Below the pieces are notes generated by a model. It was not told the DNA's origin. It worked only from the letters and a program-made list of their open reading frames with translations, and searched no databases. A stretch of 58,331 bases of DNA, counting the filler, from Sphacelaria rigidula (lineage: Eukaryota): NCBI GenBank assembly GCA_964200075.2. It is 5 parts of 5 records of this genome, joined end to end, with 100 filler letters (N's around TTAATTAATTAA, not from the genome) between each part and the next. Parts side by side here need not be neighbours in the genome. Positions count along the whole stretch, not along the records: positions 1 to 11,589 come from CAXNAA020004740.1; positions 11,690 to 23,276 come from CAXNAA020004741.1; 3 more parts are not named here. The stretch is one strand, 5' to 3'. Position numbers and translations under genes: made by a program. Numbering within the stretch: position 1 is the stretch's first letter; the number at the start of each line of letters is the position of its first letter. Of this stretch, positions 1 to 11,831 are shown piece by piece.

Positions 1-439
1 AGTCAACTTAGTATACTAAAACCAAGTAATTTCCTGACGAATCATTATTTGTCCTAACCGTGCAACGTAGCCAGGGCATTTTGACACGAAATCGCGGACT
101 GGTTGAAGTAACAGCTACGAAGCAAGGGTTCTACTGCTGTGCTAACCAATAGGAGTCGCGGTATCTACCCAGATGACCAGGTTGCGGTATGAGCAGCAGC
201 TATATATTCGACAGCCTTGACTGATGCGAACCCCTGGAGTTGTGATTGAGCGATGGCTGCCACTTTCGTCAGACGCTACAGGACGTTAGACGAGGAGAGT
301 ATACCTGCCTCATGTTCCATCAGGCATCACGTCGCGCGCGCGACGGGATAATTCAAGGTGTTTCGTAAATCCGAGCCATTGCGCTGTCTCTTTTGAGCCA
401 CTCCGAGGCAAATATTTACCGTGCATTGGAATATGGCAG

Positions 440-3400
440 GGCCGTTGGAGAACCATTGATGGTCCTTTCCTGCATCCCAGACGGAAGTACCACTCTCCAG
501 CAATGCGTTGCACCCGACGACATGAGCAGCATTTCTACAACGCAGACGTCTACTTTTGTGGGGGAAGGGGTACCGCGGGGCGTTTCAGGTATAAACAGCG
601 AGGGCAGAGAGATTCGCGGCGGATTGCAGAGGACTGGAGAAGAAGCGTTTCATACGCTCGAAACCAACAATGAGAGGACCTCCGCCACGCCCACAGTGGG
701 AGATGGAAGCGCTTGGGAAGAGGTCCGTACCGGTGGTGTATACTCCATCCGACTAGGGCAAGAACTTGCTCAAGGGGGGATAGATACTGGGGGTCAGGAA
801 ATTTCTTCTCCTGTGCTCCACCGGTGGCCTGCAACCAAACCCGGCGCAGCTGGTACTTCCAATATGGCGGAGACGGGTCGCACGGCGACACTGGATCATG
901 ATAACTCTGGTCGCGTAGAAAATGAAAGGCACGCCACTCACGAACAACATAGAGGAGATGGTGTCGAAGTTTCCCCCGCTTATGTCGGTCTTCTTGAGAA
1001 GCTGAGAGAATCGATTCGCAGCCGTGTTCGCACGATTCCACAGCCATCATCGCATGCTGTCAACCAGGAAGTGCGAGCTTCAGTCAAGTGCATATGTCTC
1101 TGTCCCGAGAAAGATACCAATACCACCGCCCCGGACCGTGCTTTTGTGATTAAGCAACAGGAGTCTGGGGTAGGGCAACGTGAGAGCGCAGCATCGGAAG
1201 GCAAAAATTTGGACCATTTCAGCAAGAACCAGTTCACTGACATACCGGAATCATTAATTTCAGATAGAGCAGAGTCTGCAAGTCTGGAGGGAAATGTATC
1301 TTGGAACAGCGACGCTCACGAGGAATCATTCAAAGGGGATCGAGTTCACCAGCAGGCCAAGCCGCTTGCCGCAGGCAGCGTGACCGAAACATCAGGGGAG
1401 CACAATGATGGAGAGCTGGATGCGGGTGACAACATTCCCGCTCGAGTAGGTGTTCTGTTTTCCGGCGGATTAGACTCTGTGGTCGTGGCAGCGATGCTGG
1501 CGGAGGAGGGAGCGGGACCGGCGGCGGTTCCCAGGGGAGAGGCTATCGATCTCATCAACGTGTGCTTCGACAGGTAAGAGAGAACATACTGCTATGTTTT
1601 GTATACGTATTTCCCTTTATTCGCGGTGTAGGGATCGTAACAGTCACACGATCAGCGCGAACGGCACAGCTCATAAGAACAAACATCGTACGCGTTGGGA
1701 TGGAACAAGCAATATGCAACATTTTCGTTTGACGTCAATATTTCGTTGTACTTGGGGAAAATAACAGGAAACCGAATTACTGCCGCAGGTGGCCATTCGT
1801 TTGCCACTGTGTACAGCACAGCAATACGTGCGATCGAGACATTCGCCACTTCTGTTGCCACACCTACCGTAGCTGTGGCATATAGCGATACCCCAGCTAT
1901 TGCTGCGGTCCTATTCTCCCTTTTTTTGGCGTTCCGGTGCTTGCGTTCTTCTGTCCAACCACGGCAGTCCCAGCGGGCACACCTCTCCCGATCGCGTAGC
2001 ATCCATGGTTGCGGTGGACGAACTCCAGACGCTTTTCCCGTTCCACCGCTGGCGACTGTTGTGCGTCGACGCCAGCTACGAAGACGTACTAAATTTGGCC
2101 GAGCCTGTTTGGCGAGTCATGCAGGCAAGTTGGCTCTGGCCGTCTTTAGCCACTGTTGCTAGGTAGAGCAGCGGGTTTCGTCTATTGGTTCTCTTCGCTG
2201 AAGGTGATGGGTACATATTTGTGCTAAGCATGCTGCGGATACTGTTGTCTTTGAGGGGTAGGGTGACAACCAAAAATAAAACACGAAACACCCACGTGAT
2301 GTGCATTTTCTGTTTCCTGCATGTTGGGTTGGGACAAGATCATATAACGTAGCGAAATGGCATGAATACTCCACTCGAATGATTTACGAAGTGTCCACCA
2401 CCGAAATCGGTCGCACGTTGAAACAACAGCAACGACTTTTCTAAAGTTGTCCATGAGAGATAATATTTCCCAACTTTGTGTTTTCATGTGACGTCACACA
2501 CCGCTGTAACGCACCCACATGCGCTTGTATACCTATCTCAACCCGACTACCGCTGCTTGCATGTAAACGTGTTTCGCTGTAGCCATGCAGCACAACGATG
2601 GACTTCAATATCGCGTCCGCATTCTGGTTCGCTGCTAGGGGCGTGGGGCGACTCTACCAGTCTCAGCCTGGCCCCCGAACTCCTCCGCCGGGTGCGCCGC
2701 ACCCCTTCGATAATTCACGATCACCCGGTGCAGTTCCCGTTGCCAACGGTGATATTGGCTGCGAAACCTCGATCCCGTCATCGAAAGATGTCTGTCGTAC
2801 ACGATACAGTCCGCTGGTAGTCGCCCCTTCTTCCCGAGAGCTCGGTGGCGGAGTTGAAGTTGTGCCTTGTGAAGACCAAAGGGTTGCGCCGCTGCCGGCG
2901 ACGGTAAGTGCTCCGGCCGGTGATGAAGAAAACATTGAGAGTCATGGATTGAAGGAAAATATGGCTGGCCTCGGTTCCGAAGGTGAACATCGAATGCTGG
3001 GCGGGCTTCCTCGAACTATTGTCGCTGGTGCCAAGACTATGGTTCCAGGGAACGATCGCGGAGTGGGGCAGGAGGGAAACAAGAAGGTCAACAAGAACAT
3101 GGACGAGCTGTGTCCGGTGGAGGGCTGCCGGCGGCTCCTCAAGCCCGGATGCGTCTTTGGCTCCTGCAGTAAGTGCTGTCTGAAAGCACAACAGCTGGTC
3201 TCCACAGCATCCCCCGCGAATTTGTCTGTAGCAAGCGCTCGTGGATCGCCGTCGAATGCGGAGTTTTTGACACCCTCGACCAGCCAGGGATGTTCGTCAA
3301 AGCATGAGGCACGTCGGACAACAAATTCTCAAGATGGCGCCACGAGTGTCGAGCGAGAGTCTGGTTTGGCAGACGAGCATGGAGTTAATTCGTGCTTACC

Positions 3401-6400
3401 TGGGGCAAGACCGGGTGTTGAAGGGAAACAAGAACGCTGTAAGGCGCGTGCCGCGGCTCAGACTATGCGCGCTCTGGAAGACCACCTGGTGAAACACTTC
3501 GAGGAGCTGTCTCCGCCCTTCCACATCAATCATCTGTGCGCGGTGTTGCGAGGGAAGCTATCCACCCGCGAAGGCAAGACCGGACGGGACTTGCACGCCA
3601 GAACACGAGCACAACAGCCCACCAAGCTATGCGTCGTACATAAACGTAATACATTTGCAGGCCATATGGTGGGGAAACATGGCGCCAATATTTTCGGCCC
3701 CGGGGAGATGAATGGTCAAGGGCTTGCTAGTCGGGGGAAGTTGGGGGCGGGGCAGACTGAAAAGGGTACAGCTGTTGGAAATCGGAATGCTGTGCCGGGA
3801 TCGGGTAGCGTGTCTTGGACGAAATACAAGTCAGAGGCGAGGGTTCTGATGGTGGGAATTGGAGCTGATGAGTTCATGGGGGGCTACAGCCGTCATCGAA
3901 ATGCCTACACTAGGGGAGGTGAGTAACCACGGCATGGCAAGGTACTGCTGTGATGAATGCTGGAGTTCCGGCTTTCTCTGCCGTCGGCACGGACGGTTGA
4001 GGTTATGTTCGGCTATTCCGGGCACAACTGTGCTGCTCGTCGTGGCGGTCGGATGTAAGCTTGTGTTCGCAGCTGATCGTTGTCCTTCATGTACGAGCTG
4101 TAGCCGAGGCAGGAGAAACTGGAGCAAATCGCTGCAGTACAATCGCGGTGCCTATTGATTTGAGTTCTTTCGCAGCACGTTAACGACGCACAGATAGATT
4201 GATGGCGGAAACAGGGGCAATGAAAGTTCTGGGGCATCATATCAGGAAGCATGACTCTGGTGCGGTGGCTTCCGTGTCGCGTCGCCGATTGCTGTACATG
4301 AGCATTACATTTATCTCGCTGCAATCGACATATGTCTTCGGTATGATTTTGCCTGGGTTGTTCATGGTTTTCAGGCACAGAGGCCTTGGTTGCGGAGTTG
4401 ACGAAGGATCAAGGGCGACTCTGGACGCGCAACCTCGGGCGGGACGATCGTGCCATTGCGGACCACGGGCGAGAGGCAAGATTTCCCTTCCTCGACGAGG
4501 GGGTGTTGGACTACATCAGGTACTGTCCGTTTGGGGGAATACGCACGAGTGAGAAACATCCGTTCACATGATTTATGCCGTAGTCTCCTGAAACGTATAC
4601 CGCGACAGCGTGCCATCTCGAACCGATGCGTTGACTGTACGCGTTGTTGGTTGAGAGGTCTCGGCCACGCAGCTGCCGCGCCTCGGTGGCCATATTTGTA
4701 CCTCGACCCTAGCTTCGAGCTCATGGCGTGGTCTGGAATCCAGACAGTCCATGCCTTTTGTTGGTGTCCGTCTTCAGTAGCGTGAGGCGACAAAATCAAG
4801 AAAATATTTGACGTCAGTCGACGGGCTGCGGGAGAGCTGAACCAATGCACAATAATCGTTTGTGGGGCAAGTCCCAGGGGAGCAATGGGTTGATGCCTCC
4901 AGACTGGGAGTTCATCCCGAGGAAAAAGTGGCGTTGGCTGCGCGTAAGAAATGAAGGTACCCCTCAGCTCCCCCCTTGTCAGCTTTGCTTTCAGCGCTGT
5001 TGAATATTGCAGCAACCGATTTTGGGTAAGATTTTCTTCACGTGGGATACGTCTATGGCCCCCGAAATGTATGTCATGTACATGAGCAGCCTCTCAAGAC
5101 ACAATTGAAGCATACGGCATGCTCGAACAGTACTCCACGTGTACCCGTGTAGGACTTATACAAAGCGCATTTCAATAATGAAAGGTTGCAGTCGAGAACC
5201 AGGGGTGCGCGTCGTGTATGTGGTTTGATGTCTGTACACGTTTCTTGAAGATCATGCCCCTTGTGTCGGGCGGGCCGGTATAGATTGAAAGCTACGAGTT
5301 AGCCCATAATCGTCGTGTGGCAGCAGCTTCGAATCCTAAAAGGTCCTTCGGCAGTCCTCAAAATCAGCTCGGTGGCAAACCGAGGAACATCACAGTATGT
5401 TTCGATACTACTGTGGTATCGCAAATATTCAAGCTTGGTGTGTACAAACTGCGCCGCAGCATAGCTACAAGCATTTTCGTACCTCGAAATATATATTTCG
5501 ATGTTTGCACTTCTCCAAAATTGCCCATTGGGCTCAGCACTAGCGCTTCTCCATCCACGCTGTGTCGGCGTTGAACTTGCGCCGCGCGCGTCCCAGTGTT
5601 CGTTCACCGATCAGTATCAAGTTGTATTTTTCTACCTTGTGTGAGTAGTTTTTGCATCTCCCGGAGGTCTTCAACCTTGTTTTTGTAGTGCCGAAGATGT
5701 TTTTTTTCTGGTAAAAAAACAAGAAATGAGGGATGTGGCGGGTGTGGCGGGGTGTGAAATGTGCGCATCTTATAACTTTCCTTGTGAAATCTTGTACGAA
5801 TATGTCAAGTGGTTGGTTCTCCGTAGCTCGATGTACGTATGCTAGTCAGCCTCTTATAGCTTCGTAGCATGTTCCCTCACATTTCCGTCTAGACAGTTTG
5901 ATGTGTTGTTCAGTAGAACCACGTGTCTTCCAAGTGTCTTCAAGAACATGATCGCCTGCCTCAATCCTGCCGCGTAGAATCATGTTCCGTGGCGTAGGCG
6001 TGACACCCTTTTTGTCCACGCCCACAAGTACCAAACATGCCGCGGTCGACGTGCCACACGGAAAACCTCCATCGTAGTCAGGTGGTTTCCGTGTACCTTA
6101 CAGTGTTTCAGAGAGTGATTCCATTCTTTTCGCTTGGACTTGAAAGCAAACAGTGAAGCCTCGTTTGTGCTGAATGATGTCGATTTGCATGATGTGTGAG
6201 TTGATCCTTTTTAATGGCGCCGTTCGTTAGATATGAGAATTCACGCGTATGCTCTACTTCTACAGGTGAAGACGGCTCACAAAAAAACTACCCAGATGTA
6301 CAAACTACAACAGTACAATAATACAACTGCAGTACAGTGCAGTACGGTGCAGCACACTATAGCTTGTATTGCGTCCGAGCTCTGTGTGTGTTGCCGAGGT

Positions 6401-9400
6401 TATCGTTGTCGGCGGTCGCCTGGTATGCGGTAGTGTGAAGCCAATATGCATCTAAGGTGTGCTGAAATCAAGGGAGATTTGATACCAACAAGGCGGTTCG
6501 AGAGTTCGTTTGTAACTCGCCCAAACGTCATGAACGTGACTATCAAGTCACAGCGATAGATATGCAAAACAGTCTCCTGGAGTTGCAGCCCGAAACGTGG
6601 GCTTTCGCGAAGCACAGTCAACTAGGACAAAGGACCGACGCAGTCTACTTGCAAAGGGCCATGCTGCAGGGGCCGCTCATTCCTCGTTCCTGTTGAGCAT
6701 TACCATGATTAAAACCGGACCGAATTTTTCGTTCTTGTTTGCTTTTCTTTTCTTTTCTTCCTGTTATATTTCTTTTATCCGTTTCGTTCATTTTTACTCC
6801 GTCTGTTCTTTCTCTTTCCCGTTTGTCGAGGTTTCTTCAGCGAATTTTGGTTTTGATCACCTTGAGTACTCTCATCATCTGACCACGGCTGGATCCATTG
6901 AAGATCAGTTGATGTGCGACAATCACTCAACCAATTTACTAAAACCACGTGACAACAAGGGACATTTGGAAGACAGTGACCGTGCCCACCCCTCTGATCT
7001 GCGGTCGCGGTTTCTGTTTCTGTGGATACGTACTTTCATAAGGAATATTCCCTGGAGATCTTAGTCCAAAAGCACGATACTTTTGGTTTTAGCTTCAATG
7101 TTCATGATCGTCCACAGAGCTCCCACTACTGACATCTTGACTGATATCTGGACTGAAATCTGGTTTCCACAGGCACCGTAGGTAAGGTATCGTACCGAGC
7201 GTACCCCCGGTATTTGCCGGGTTATCTCATACCGTGGTATGCGTAGGTATCGTAGGTATGACATTTGAAAGTGCCGCATCGGGCGGCTACGGTAGGTATT
7301 GAAATCTCGAAATACCGTGGTATCGTAGGTATTGTAGGTATCGTAGGTATGACATTTGAAAATACCGGATTTGGCGGGTACGGTAGGTATTGAAATCTCG
7401 AAATACCGTGGTATCGTAGGTATCGTAGGTATGACATTTGAAAGTACCGGATCGGGCGGGTACGGTAGGTACTGAAATCTCGAAATACCCTGGTATCGTA
7501 GGTATCGTAGGTATGACATTTGAAAGTACCGGATTGGGCGGGTGCGGTAGGTACCGAAATCTCGAAATACCGTGGTTTGCGTACGTATTGTAGGTAGACA
7601 TTTGAAAGTACCGGATTGGGCGGGTACGGTAGGTACTGAAATCTCGAAATACCATGGTATCGTAGGTATCGTAGGTACGAGTATGGCATTTAAAAATGCC
7701 GGATTAGGCGGGTACGGTAGGTATTGAAATATCGAAGTACCGTGGTATGCGTAGGTATCGTGGGTACGACATTTGAAAGTACCGGGTTGGGCGGGTACGG
7801 TAGGTATTGAAATCTCGAATTACCCTTGTATGGTGTGTATCGTGGGTATGACATTTGAAAATACCGGATTGGGCGGGTACGGTAGGTATTGAAATCTCGA
7901 AATATCGTGGTATCGTAGGTATGACATTTGAAAATACCGGATTGGACCGGTATCGGTAGGGTATGAGATATCCCAAATACCGGTACCGGGTACCTACCTT
8001 ATCTGCGGTGCCTGGTATCAGTCGTACATTCAGGTTTCGACGAATCGATCGCACGTGCGTAGCCCCGCTCCGGTGTCACTGACTAATCACCAAGGCAAGC
8101 AACAAATGAGTACGCCCCCCGGTGTCACTGACTGGTCGATCGATGGATTGTTGTTCATGAACATTGAGTGCTGAGATGGAATACGAATACAGCCGTGGTC
8201 ACAAGATGGACGTTCCCGAAGTAAACGAGCGGAAGCGCATCTTGGCCCCAAACATTCGACACGCCGGACAACTCATGAATCACCTCAGTTGTACGGTAAA
8301 CTCAGCAAGTAGAAATACGTACCGATGAGTTGAATAATATACCTCATACAGTGTACCTCAACCAGTGGAAAACGGTCCCGCTGTTATACCGCATAATTCA
8401 GCCACTAAAAATACGTACCGCGGAGTTGTACCGCATAACAGCCGGTGATAATACGTACCTCTGAGTTGTACCGTATACCTAATCAGGTGCAAATAGGTAC
8501 CGCTGAGCTATATAATGTAACTCAGCCAGTAGAAATAGGTACCGCTGTGTTATACCCTATAACTCACCCGCTGAAAAAAGGTACCGCTGAGTTCAGCGCT
8601 GAGTTATACGAAAATGAGTCATCTCGAGGTAAGGTGAGTTGAGTTGTCCGACGTGTGCAACATGCCACCGTTGCCTGAGATCACGACACGCTACCCGCAC
8701 GTGATATCAGGTCTTTGGCATTACAAGACATCTGCGACATGGAGCAGCCGGCTGGATACGGCGACAAGAAAATATTGCGTGAGGTGAACGCCTGGGAGAC
8801 GCACTAAACGCAATCCCGTCGCGAGTAGCAACAGCCATGATAGCGCACATGGTGGCCTGGTATAGGTATGAGTAGTTCTTAAACGTTTGACCGCAAAGCA
8901 GTCAGTCCGATTCCACTAACGTCAGCGCATAATTCGTGTACTGACTCTCGTTCACAGCTGGTGTGGCTGCAGTGACGATTCCAAACTCCACGTGATCAAT
9001 GGGTTGCATTACAAAGCAGCTGCACGAAACTCTTGTTTTCTATGTCCGATGTGATGCTGTCCAAGCAGGAAGTCTGTATTCTGCTTTGTCTTCGAGTGAG
9101 CGTCTTGTTGTTGCTCAAATCCTGCTACGAAGCCACTCACGATATTTTTGCAGCCGTGATTGTACTTCCGACCAGTAAGTAGTCATGCCTCTCAATTTTG
9201 ATACTGGTGCAATTTCAGCGTGTTGGGTGGGTAGCTCACGGCAACGGGCAGTACACCAGGCCGAACCAGGGCTAATGGGGTCTAGCTTCTCGACTCCCAA
9301 CGTTTTCACTGGTAATAGAGCATATTCCAGCTCACAAAAAGGATATTGCATCAATACTCATTCCCACCGGTAACTCCCAACACCACGTACTGCTGCGCCG

Positions 9401-9574
9401 TGCTCTGATCAGGTTGCTGCACATCTCGGACTCGACAGTTGTCGCGCGCTGCCGAAACGAGCGATCCAGTTCGGTAGCCGAATCGCTCAGCATTGCTCTC
9501 GGCACACTTATGGTAGTCACCGTAGGGGAAGCGGCTCTGTCCCCGCGTCGGCTAATCCACTACGCTTCATGTAG
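440..9574 (+). CDS. ASNSD1: Asparagine synthetase domain-containing protein (ASNSD1/YML096W-like), 5'-partial, spliced. Exons ~440-1573, 1968-2124, 2583-3918, 4375-4519, 8711-8783, 9413-9574
   Basis: Manual splicing gives a phase-consistent chain with family motifs in order: WEEVRTGGVYSI; VGVLFSGGLDS (PP-loop); IDLINVCFD; SPDR; MDFNIASAFWFAARG; ARVLMVGIGADEFMGGYSRHR; LWTRNLGRDDRAIADHGREARFPFLDE; ICDMEQPAGYGDKKILRE; LGLDSCRALPKRAIQFGSRIAQ...FM*. All acceptors are AG; donors are GT except one GC. The last two exons are absent from the ORF track. No N-terminal glutamine amidotransferase exons were seen; the 440 start is a presumed acceptor. Confidence 0.92.
6715..6935 (+). mobile_element. 5'-truncated non-LTR (RTE-like) 3' end
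   Basis: T-rich stretch ending in TGACCACGGCTGGATCC...CAGTTGATGTGCGACAATCACTCAACCAAT. The same terminal motif and (ATCA)n-like tail end the RT-bearing element at 23030-23092. Confidence 0.6.
7170..8014. mobile_element. Non-autonomous TIR element with an internal ~82-bp tandem array
   Basis: Left end CAGGCACCGTAGGTAAGGTATCGTACC matches the reverse complement of the right end, CAGGCACCGCAGATAAGGTAGGTACC. The interior (~7229-7945) is about 8-9 copies of an ~82-bp unit carrying a variable number of 9-bp GTAGGTATC subrepeats. Confidence 0.75.
8085..8118 (+). mobile_element. 34-bp LINE 3'-end insertion with 15-bp target-site duplication
   Basis: CAAGGCAAGCAACAAATGAGTACGCCCC matches the LINE end at ~52188-52215. 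It is flanked by direct repeats CCGGTGTCACTGACT at 8070-8084 and 8119-8133. Confidence 0.8.
8259..8656. mobile_element. MITE-like element with a degenerate ~39-40-bp internal tandem repeat
   Basis: Terminal inverted repeat ACACGYCGGACAACTCA (left from 8259; right TGAGTTGTCCGACGTGT to 8656). Interior repeats resemble AAATA(C/G)GTACCGCTGAGTTGTACCGTATAACTCAGCCAG. Confidence 0.6.
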
Positions 9575-10774
9575 CTGATGTGCATGCAGAAGCAGCTCGT
9601 CATTAAGCAGCAGATAGACGAAAAGCGAGGCTCCGATTCTTTGGAAAATGGATGAAATGCCCGACTAGGTCATGCCTTTTGGGACGAACTACGCATGGTT
9701 ATAGAGAGTAAAATCGTGATTCTTGCATACAACCAGCAAAGAAGATTTTGCTCAACAAAGTAAGTTTTGTCTAGATGTGCACGGCTACCAAGAGTTGTGG
9801 GTTCTTGAATTGACTGTTGCTCCAACAATGCTGGAACTCGAACGCGGCGGAAATATACGGTACGCACAATAGAGACCCATAGCACACAACACCCCATTTC
9901 TAATAGAGCGCAACCCGAGCGCATTGGCTCCAACGTTCACCTTTCCCCACCTACACACAGCAGGTTTTATCAGTCTACCGCATGTATTGAAGAAGAGACG
10001 GCTGTGTGCGCGAAGAAAATGCACAAGTAGCCGATTAATTGCCGTTCCTTGTCGTTTGTGCGTCTCATCTGGTGCACAGTTGCTACGAAGACCGCGGTTA
10101 TTCAATTGCGGGTAGAGTTTTGGTCCCGACCGGGCTTGGATGGTCAAAGATGAAAATCGAGCCATGGTTTGAGTCCTTCAGAGAGGAAGACTGTAACAAT
10201 GATGAGTGATTGTGCTGTAGATCGTGTCGCATCGTTGAACGCGCCGCCAGTGGATAATAGCTAAGCGTATCCTCATGAGGATCCAAGAGCGGTTCACTAT
10301 GATTCCATGGCCTATTTCGGAATTTCTCAATCCGCAACAAAAGTTACCTGTCAGTGCCGCTCGTGTGGAAAAGTGATGAGTCATGCAGAGAGACTTGTGG
10401 TGGTGCTCTTCTCGTACAGGGTAGTTATCCACACCACTTTCACCCCGTTTTTTTGGTAGTTGCGCCGCGTTTTCCAATTCCAATTTTCAAATTGGTTGTG
10501 GTCTCAGGCTATTCCAGATTCGGCTTTAGATTTCTGTGACAGAAAACACTCTCGTTTTTTTCGAAATACTTGAAAAAAACAAGCAGAACCTTCGAAAAAA
10601 CAAGCAGAACTTTTTGAAAAACTGCTAAAAAAATGACCCCGTTATCTTGACTACAGGGTGGTACACTCAGCACCAGATAACTCTGCAGTGGTATATGAAG
10701 TGCAGAGTACTACTCTCAACACCAGACAAGGCAGTTCTGCAGTGTTTTCTATTTTCAGAACCTGAACACGGACC

Positions 10775-10868
10775 TTCAGTGTGTGTGACCCCGGCTGGTG
10801 CGCCCACATATACCAAAAGGTCTAGACCGGCGTCCAGAATAGATCGGACGACAACACACACACGCACA
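10775..10868 (+). mobile_element. SINE 3' fragment
   Basis: GTGTGACCCCGGCTGGTGCGCCCACATATACC...GGCGTCCAG...ACAACACACACAC, homologous to the 3' part of the SINE at 14174-14541. Confidence 0.7.
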
Positions 10869-11589
10869 GTGTACAAACAAATACTGCACAGCAGACAGCA
10901 GACAACTTGTAGTCTGCCGATGTGGGAGGGTGTTGCTCTATTGCAGCGGAAGCTTCGAGGCGAGAATACCACATCAAACCCAAGAACAAAGGGAAGAGGC
11001 GGATGCCCCCAACAGCAGCTGTCCAAAGTGGAGATGACTGACGAGTGCCGGAAACGGAGCGCACACTACTGACGGCCCAGAGCGGAAGGAGAAGAAGGAA
11101 GAGATCGTGGATCGGGGGTGGGGGTGGGGTTATGGGCAGAGACGATCGGCTGCGTACCATTCGTCGGGGTGAGGCGCACGCAGCATGGTCTTACTCTGTG
11201 ATGTTTATGGTCTACCGCGCTTTCGTCGTTCGGATGGTATATCAGGCACAGCCTGTACATGTTGATATACCATGCTTTCTTCGTCACATTTCAGTTTTGA
11301 GCACGTGTTCTTCGAAGTGAATTGAATTTTGTTCAGCCTTGACTGCATTACGTCCGGCGATGTGCTGATCTTGCGTGCGAGAGCGCACTGTGGCCAACAC
11401 CACGCATCGACACCAATAGCTCCGTGCCTGTTGTGTCGCAGAGGTTGATCTTGCCCGTTTGTCGGCGAATGTTTCGTGTCAGAATCCCAGCGCAAAATAA
11501 TCGAAAGGGCAGACAGTGATATCAATGTTTCTGATGAAACATAGCGTGGACAACGTGGACACGACTTTGTCCAAGACAACACGCTGTCT

Positions 11590-11689
11590 NNNNNNNNNNN
11601 NNNNNNNNNNNNNNNNNNNNNNNNNNNNNNNNNTTAATTAATTAANNNNNNNNNNNNNNNNNNNNNNNNNNNNNNNNNNNNNNNNNNNN
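11590..11689. other. Artificial contig linker (44 N + TTAATTAATTAA + 44 N)
   Basis: Six-frame stop linker inside an N-run; identical structure at all four gaps. Confidence 0.97.
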
Positions 11690-11831
11690 TTTTGCATGCA
11701 TGATCATGAGTGCACCCCCCCCCTCAAAAAAAAAAATGAAAGAAAAGCAAGCGAGCACATGGCTCTCTGCGGCACCGCAGAGTACACATACAAACAGCAT
11801 GCGCACACCAAAGCGTGACTCGGTCCTTTAC

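Noticed and set aside
7061-8054. Repetitive ORFs (YLRYLRYHGISRFQ...) and a CRISPR-like appearance
   Set aside because: These are translations of a contiguous tandem repeat in an intron. There are no unique spacers and no cas genes.
9520-9552. Minus-strand RGDRA resembling a downstream GLYK motif
   Set aside because: It is antisense to the last ASNSD1 exon and lies across an artificial linker from GLYK.
11634-11645. TTAATTAATTAA as a biological motif or piggyBac site
   Set aside because: It is an assembly linker embedded in N-runs.
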